DNA of 28,942 bases from an uncultured archaeon. Lineage in GTDB: Archaea > Iainarchaeota > Iainarchaeia > Iainarchaeales > 0-14-0-20-30-16. A program made the position numbers and the translations under genes. Under the pieces are notes generated by a model. The model saw only the letters and a list, made by a program, of their open reading frames with translations, was not told the origin of the DNA and made no database searches. Positions 24,383 through 28,942 of this stretch are shown here, one piece after another. How positions within the stretch are numbered: the first letter of the stretch is position 1; each line of letters opens with the position of its first letter. The stretch spans positions 1 to 28,942 of the forward strand of contig CAZMGA010000007.1 in assembly GCA_964565725.1 (NCBI GenBank). The letters run 5' to 3'.

Positions 24383-24409
24383 TATGCTAATAATAAATAC
24401 CGGAGATGG
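24381..24409 (+). repeat. 29-bp direct repeat, copy 2 (contains the cobO start)
   Basis: Exact copy of 24302-24330, offset 79 bp. Confidence 0.95.
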
Positions 24410-24884
24410 TAAAGGAAAAACTACTAGTGCAATAGGTATTGTATTAAGATCTTTAGTTTTAAATAAAAAAGTTTTAATTATTCAGTTTATGAAACCACAA
24501 AAAGAAAAATCTATTGAATTTTTATGTGATAAATTTCCAAATTTAGTTTGTTATAATCATGGAATTAATAAATTTATAAGTGCTAATAATGTGCCATTAG
24601 AATTAACAAAAAAATGTCAATTGGGTTTTGAGGACTTAAAAGCAAATATTGATAAATTTGATTTAATTTTTGTTGATGAACTTTTTTCTGCAATTTATTT
24701 TAAATTATTAGATCAAAAAGAAGTTTTGGATTTTATTTTAAGTTATAAAAATAAAGATTTTATTTTGACTGGCAGAAAATGTCCTAAAGAATTTATTGAT
24801 ATTGCAGATATAGTTTCTGAAATGAAAAAAATAAAACATCATTATGATAAAGGTATTTTAGCAAAAGAAGGCATTGATTATTAA
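24384..24884 (+). CDS. cobO: ATP:cob(I)alamin adenosyltransferase, CobA/CobO/BtuR type
   Basis: NTGDGKGKTTSAIGIVLRSL...VLIIQFMK is the P-loop signature of the CobA family. VDELF and a length of ~166 aa also fit. GGAGGT Shine-Dalgarno upstream. Confidence 0.85.
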   Translation: MLIINTGDGKGKTTSAIGIVLRSLVLNKKVLIIQFMKPQKEKSIEFLCDKFPNLVCYNHGINKFISANNVPLELTKKCQLGFEDLKANIDKFDLIFVDELFSAIYFKLLDQKEVLDFILSYKNKDFILTGRKCPKEFIDIADIVSEMKKIKHHYDKGILAKEGIDY

Positions 24885-24949
24885 ACATTTTAAAAATTTA
24901 TAGTTGAATATTCAGTTTATTTTATATATTTTTATATTCTTATTTTGTA

Positions 24950-26140
24950 ATGTTAGGAAAAAATATTGAACTTGTTTCTGGTGTTGGAGATTATCCTAGT
25001 TTAAAAGCAGCAATTAATGCGAAAGCAGATTCTGTTTATTTTGGTATTCAAGGTTTGAATATGAGAGATTTTGGTAAAAATTTTGAATTAAAAGATTTAT
25101 CCAAAATAGTTAAATTTTGTCATGATAATAAAGTTAAAGCATACTTAGCATTAAATACTATAGTTTATGACGAAGAAATAAAGTTTATTAGAAAAATATT
25201 AAAATTAGCAAAGAAAAATAAAATAGATGGTATAATTTGTTCAGATTTATTAGTTTTGCAAGAAGCAAAAAAATTAAATTTAGATATTCATATTAGTACT
25301 CAAATGTCTGTTTCTAATTTAGAAAGTATAAATTTATTAAAAAAATTAGGAGCAAAAAGAGTTGTTTTGGCAAGAGAATTGAATTTAGAACAAATAAAAA
25401 ACATTTCTAAAAAATCTAAATTAGAAATAGAAGTTTTTGTTCATGGTTCTCTTTGTATCGCTGTTTCAGGAAGATGTTTTTTAAGTCTTTATTTTCACGA
25501 TCGAAGTGCTAATCGTGGAAGATGTGTTCAACCATGTAGAAGATTATGGAAGTTAGAAAGTTCTGAAGAGTCTGCCGAAATGTATGAAAATCAAATTATT
25601 AGCTCTAAAGATTTATGTACTTTAGATTTTTTAGATAAATTAATTAATTCAAAAATAAAAGTTTTAAAGATAGAGGGTAGAACAAAAGGCCCGGATTATA
25701 TATATGTAGTTACAAAAGTGTATAAAGAAGCAATTAATTTAATTAAAAATAATAAATTTACTAAAAAGAAAAAAGAAGAATTATTAAAAGAATTAAGTTC
25801 TGTTTTTAATAGGGGTTTTACTTCTGGTTTTTATTTTAGAAAACCAGATTATAATGATATAACTACTAGTAAAAAATCTGAAAGAACAAAAAAGCAAATA
25901 TGTATTGGTAGAATAAAAAAGTATTACTCTAAAATAAATGTGGTTGAATTTAATGCAGATGTAGATTTTAAATTAGGGGAAGAAATAATTATTAAAGGTG
26001 CAAAAACTTATTTTAGACAAAAGATAGAATCTATAGAAGTTAACAATAAAGTTGTAGTTAATGTAAAAAGAAATGATGATGTTTGTATTAAAGTAATAGA
26101 TAAAGTCAGAAAAAATGATTTGATTTATGCTTTAAGATGA
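24950..26140 (+). CDS. peptidase U32 family protein with intact 4-Cys (Fe-S type) motif
   Basis: EVFVHGSLCIAVSGRCFLS matches the U32 signature. The spacing CIAVSGRC-x15-CVQPC gives CX6CX15CX3C (nt 25454-25537). Confidence 0.85.
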   Translation: MLGKNIELVSGVGDYPSLKAAINAKADSVYFGIQGLNMRDFGKNFELKDLSKIVKFCHDNKVKAYLALNTIVYDEEIKFIRKILKLAKKNKIDGIICSDLLVLQEAKKLNLDIHISTQMSVSNLESINLLKKLGAKRVVLARELNLEQIKNISKKSKLEIEVFVHGSLCIAVSGRCFLSLYFHDRSANRGRCVQPCRRLWKLESSEESAEMYENQIISSKDLCTLDFLDKLINSKIKVLKIEGRTKGPDYIYVVTKVYKEAINLIKNNKFTKKKKEELLKELSSVFNRGFTSGFYFRKPDYNDITTSKKSERTKKQICIGRIKKYYSKINVVEFNADVDFKLGEEIIIKGAKTYFRQKIESIEVNNKVVVNVKRNDDVCIKVIDKVRKNDLIYALR

Positions 26141-27322
26141 TTCTTTATCTATTTTTAATAATATTTCTTTTAAAGCTAAATCTGGATTATCTTTTAGTGT
26201 AGGCAAAATAGCATTTACATTAAAACTATTATTAAAATTAGCATCTTTAAGATTTTGAATAAATATATTTTTACTATTTGATAATGCTAATTCTTTATCT
26301 TCTGAGAAATTTATGTTTTCTAATTTTGATTTTAATTCTTTTACTTCTAGTTTTTTATCCAACATTAATATATAATTATTAGATAAAAAATCTTTTTCAG
26401 AAATGTTTTTTTCTCCAAAATTAATTTTTGCATTAATTTTAATTTTAATTATAGGTTTTAATTCATTTTCTATTTCGTGTTTTTCTAAAATTTCTGAAAT
26501 GTTTTTTACAATATTTTCTTTATTTGTATTTTCTTCATTTATTTCATAATAATAATGTTCTCTTTGTTTTTCTATTGGTACAAATTTAATATTTTTATCT
26601 TTTGTATTATAAATGCAAAATCCTCTTTGTTCTTTTATTTCATTTTTTTTAATTTGGGTAATTATAGTTGAACCAGGAATAATAAATTTACTATTTTTTA
26701 TACTTAATTCGTATTTCTTATGTAAATGTCCATTAATATATAGGTCAAAGCCATCAGGTAAATCTTCAAAAGATAAATTAGATATCATTTCATCATCGAA
26801 AGCTAATAATTCATTATAACTTTGATGGGTCATTAATATATTGCAATAATTTTTTATAGGTTGAAAATTTATTTTTTTTAATACATCTTTTGCAACTTTT
26901 TCAGGAACTCCTGACATTCCAAATATTGCTATGTCTTCATTTTCATTATTTACGATTATATTATTATGTTTTAATTGATAAATATATTTTGAGTTTTCTA
27001 AAATGTCTATTGGTGAAATATAATCTTTTCCTTTATATTCGTGGGTTCCTGCAATAGCTATTATTGGTTTTATTAATATTTTATCTTCTAAATTTGTTTT
27101 AATTTTTTGTTTGCCTACATATTTAGATAAAATTTTAAAAACATAATTCATTGTTTTAGAACTAGGTTCCTCTAAATCAAATATATCTCCAGGCATTAAA
27201 ATAACATCACAATTTTGCATAGCATAGTTTAAAGCTTGTTCAAAATTAGAATAACAATCAGTTTCTAATTCAGTATTTTCTTTAAATCCAAAATGGGTAT
27301 CTGAAATAATTGAAATTTTCAT
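26132..27322 (-). CDS. mre11: Mre11-family DNA repair nuclease (calcineurin-like phosphoesterase)
   Basis: Motifs ISDTHFG (I), PGDIFD (II), IAGTHE (III, Asn replaced by Thr), LMTHQ (IV) and NGHLHK (V). Collinear with archaeal Mre11 (PGSTIIT, RGFCIY). Internal ATG 27322 (MKISIISDTH) preferred over the listed 27361. Confidence 0.75.
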   Translation of the reverse strand: MKISIISDTHFGFKENTELETDCYSNFEQALNYAMQNCDVILMPGDIFDLEEPSSKTMNYVFKILSKYVGKQKIKTNLEDKILIKPIIAIAGTHEYKGKDYISPIDILENSKYIYQLKHNNIIVNNENEDIAIFGMSGVPEKVAKDVLKKINFQPIKNYCNILMTHQSYNELLAFDDEMISNLSFEDLPDGFDLYINGHLHKKYELSIKNSKFIIPGSTIITQIKKNEIKEQRGFCIYNTKDKNIKFVPIEKQREHYYYEINEENTNKENIVKNISEILEKHEIENELKPIIKIKINAKINFGEKNISEKDFLSNNYILMLDKKLEVKELKSKLENINFSEDKELALSNSKNIFIQNLKDANFNNSFNVNAILPTLKDNPDLALKEILLKIDKESS

Positions 27323-27372
27323 ATATAAATAATTTAGGAAAAGTATAAATAATGCTCTCACTTAATATAATT

Positions 27373-27921
27373 ATGCATATAGATTCATTTTATGAATTAG
27401 AATTAAAATCATTATTAACAAAAGAAGAATATGATTTTTTATTAGCTGATTTATCTAAAGATTATATTAAGCTTGATGATGATATTGTTTATAATAAAAG
27501 GTATAGGCCTGGAGATATAAGATTAAGACATTCTAATAGGGTTTTTGAATTAGTTAAAAAAGATTTAATTAATGAGTATGTTTGTAAAAAAACTGTTTTT
27601 AGTTTTGATAATAAAGACGATTTTGATAAAATGCAAGATGTTTTTGACAATTTACAATTAATATCAGAACCTACGAGTATTAAACATAACCAAGATTTTA
27701 GATTTGATTTGGATGGTTATAATTATATTATATCTTTACAAGATATAAAAGATTTTACTTATTTTATTGAAATAAAAATTCAAATAGATGATGAAAATTT
27801 CATTTTGCACGAAATGAATATTAAATCTATATTTAAAAGATTAAATTTAAAACCTATAAATCCTAAAGAATTTAGTACTTTAATTGCTCAATATGTTTTA
27901 AAAAATAAAAAATTGTTATAA
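27373..27921 (+). CDS. CYTH-like domain protein (divergent second copy)
   Basis: FYELELKSLL (ExExK), DIRLRHSNRVFELVKK (RxR...K) and ISLQDIKDFTYFIEIKI (resembles lD-v-x-lG-x-f-x-EiE). Assigned by eye only. The ATG at 27373 or the one at 27352 are both possible. Confidence 0.45.
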   Translation: MHIDSFYELELKSLLTKEEYDFLLADLSKDYIKLDDDIVYNKRYRPGDIRLRHSNRVFELVKKDLINEYVCKKTVFSFDNKDDFDKMQDVFDNLQLISEPTSIKHNQDFRFDLDGYNYIISLQDIKDFTYFIEIKIQIDDENFILHEMNIKSIFKRLNLKPINPKEFSTLIAQYVLKNKKLL

Positions 27922-27947
27922 TAAAAAAAGAAAATAGAAAAATAAAA

Positions 27948-28103
27948 TTATTTTTCTACTGGTTGAGCTTTATTTAAAGATACGCTATCTTTAAACATCC
28001 CTTTTAGAACACCAATAACTACTACTGCTACAATAGCCATTACTAGTATCATATAAAGTGTGTTCATTGAACTTTGTGCTTTTTTATCTTTTATAAAACC
28101 CAT
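27948..28103 (-). CDS. 51-aa class III (prepilin-type) signal peptide protein, mini-pilin; not in supplied ORF track
   Basis: Hand translation gives MGFIKDKKAQSSMNTLYMILVMAIVAVVVIGVLKGMFKDSVSLNKAQPVEK. A charged leader ends in KKA|Q, followed by a ~20-residue hydrophobic helix. It lies 11 nt downstream of the preceding pilin gene. Confidence 0.6.
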   Translation of the reverse strand: MGFIKDKKAQSSMNTLYMILVMAIVAVVVIGVLKGMFKDSVSLNKAQPVEK

Positions 28104-28114
28104 TTATAATCACT

Positions 28115-28582
28115 TTAATTTCTAGGACCTACAAATAAATAACATGCAAAAGTATCTCGAGGGTCAGCACTACAACCACTTGGGAAATATTGATCTATAT
28201 CTTGGGAACCACATACCGCATATAATTTATATTTTGTTTTTGAACTTCCTATATAATTTATTCTTACATCATCTAATTCAATATTTTGAACGTTTTCACA
28301 TGTACCAAAAACTATATTATCTGTACCTACATCTGTTTCTTCAGCTATTGATGCTTTAGGTATAGATCCATCTTTTTCAAATGTTATTTCTGAATTTTTT
28401 GTAGCATAATATGTATTTTGAGCATTGTTTATTAATGTTATAGAAGTATCTACTGGATCATTTCCTGCGTTGAAACCAATTCCTCCCATAATTGCTAATA
28501 ACAAACCCAATATTGCTATTGATACTAATGCAGCAATTAAAAGGTTAAAAACACTTGAACTTTGTCCTTTTGAATTAAACAT
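28115..28582 (-). CDS. archaeal type IV pilin-like protein (class III signal peptide)
   Basis: MFNSKG|QSSSVFNLLIAALVSIAILGLLLAI has a short basic leader, a KG-Q cleavage-site pattern and a hydrophobic helix. The globular domain carries 4 Cys. A strong GGAGGA Shine-Dalgarno lies upstream. Confidence 0.7.
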   Translation of the reverse strand: MFNSKGQSSSVFNLLIAALVSIAILGLLLAIMGGIGFNAGNDPVDTSITLINNAQNTYYATKNSEITFEKDGSIPKASIAEETDVGTDNIVFGTCENVQNIELDDVRINYIGSSKTKYKLYAVCGSQDIDQYFPSGCSADPRDTFACYLFVGPRN

Positions 28583-28722
28583 AACAATCCTCCATATAAA
28601 TATAATTATAACTATATTTAAAACACCAATCTTTAAAAAAGTATCTTATCAATATATATAGTATTCTATTTAAATATAATAAAAATAAGGATGTAATTTA
28701 ATATTTATTAAGAGTGAATTTT

Positions 28723-28942
28723 ATGCACATTTCTGAGGTTCAAAGAAAAATAGCTGTTTTATTATTGGTAGAGCCTAAAACTATAGAGGATATAAATAAA
28801 CAATTAGATTTAGGTTTTGAATCTATAACTAATGAAATAAATAATATGCTAAAATTAGGGTTAGTTAAAAAAACAGATGATTTTCCTACAAAATACGTTT
28901 TGGATGAATATATTATTAATGAATTGAAAAAAAGGAAAGAGA
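28723..28942 (+). CDS. small winged-helix DNA-binding protein (3' end outside window)
   Basis: Open from ATG 28723 to the window end. MHISEVQRKIAVLLLVEPKTIEDINKQLDLGFESITNEINNMLKLGLVKK has an ArsR/MarR-like wHTH layout. Divergent from the pilin operon. Confidence 0.45.
   Translation, partial: MHISEVQRKIAVLLLVEPKTIEDINKQLDLGFESITNEINNMLKLGLVKKTDDFPTKYVLDEYIINELKKRKE

Noticed and set aside
24905-24914. Perfect 10-bp palindrome TGAATATTCA upstream of the U32 gene
   Set aside because: It is a single short A/T-rich palindrome, with no second copy and no adjacent regulator gene. Such a palindrome is expected by chance in this composition.

Overview
Very AT-rich, gene-dense archaeal chromosome segment. 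Archaeal identity rests on proteasome alpha, exosome Rrp4/Rrp41/Rrp42, RpoP, eL43, eS8, Trm56 and Pcc1; the compact, Shine-Dalgarno-using style suggests a small-genome, DPANN-like lineage, but lineage cannot be fixed by eye. The core (5255-10333) is the classical archaeal proteasome-exosome superoperon: psmA, SBDS, rrp4, rrp41, rrp42, eL43, rpoP, Brix, pcc1 and prefoldin beta. rpoP is a 45-aa ORF absent from the supplied ORF track. Upstream are a truncated truD, a protein-kinase-like phosphotransferase, a small beta-sandwich-like orphan, and a 1131-aa orphan protein with 37-39-aa in-frame tandem repeats. Downstream come an MBL hydrolase, then a membrane-membrane-XRE operon preceded by two ATGTAA-N8-TTACAT palindromes. 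These are followed by thrS, two tandem PF06541-like membrane paralogs, tRNA-Leu(UAG) and a Nudix protein. Next is a minus-strand cluster of tRNA-Gly(UCC), a nucleotidyltransferase, a cytidylyltransferase and trm56, then trkH-trkA and eS8. An nrdR, class II RNR, CYTH and cobO cluster follows; the cobO 5' end is duplicated as a 29-bp direct repeat that creates an upstream mini-ORF. The window ends with a U32 protein carrying an intact 4-Cys motif, a solitary mre11, a second CYTH-like protein, two class-III-signal pilin genes (one a 51-aa unlisted ORF) and a truncated wHTH gene. No CRISPR array, rRNA or recognisable transposase was seen. All calls come from reading motifs by eye; no searches were run.
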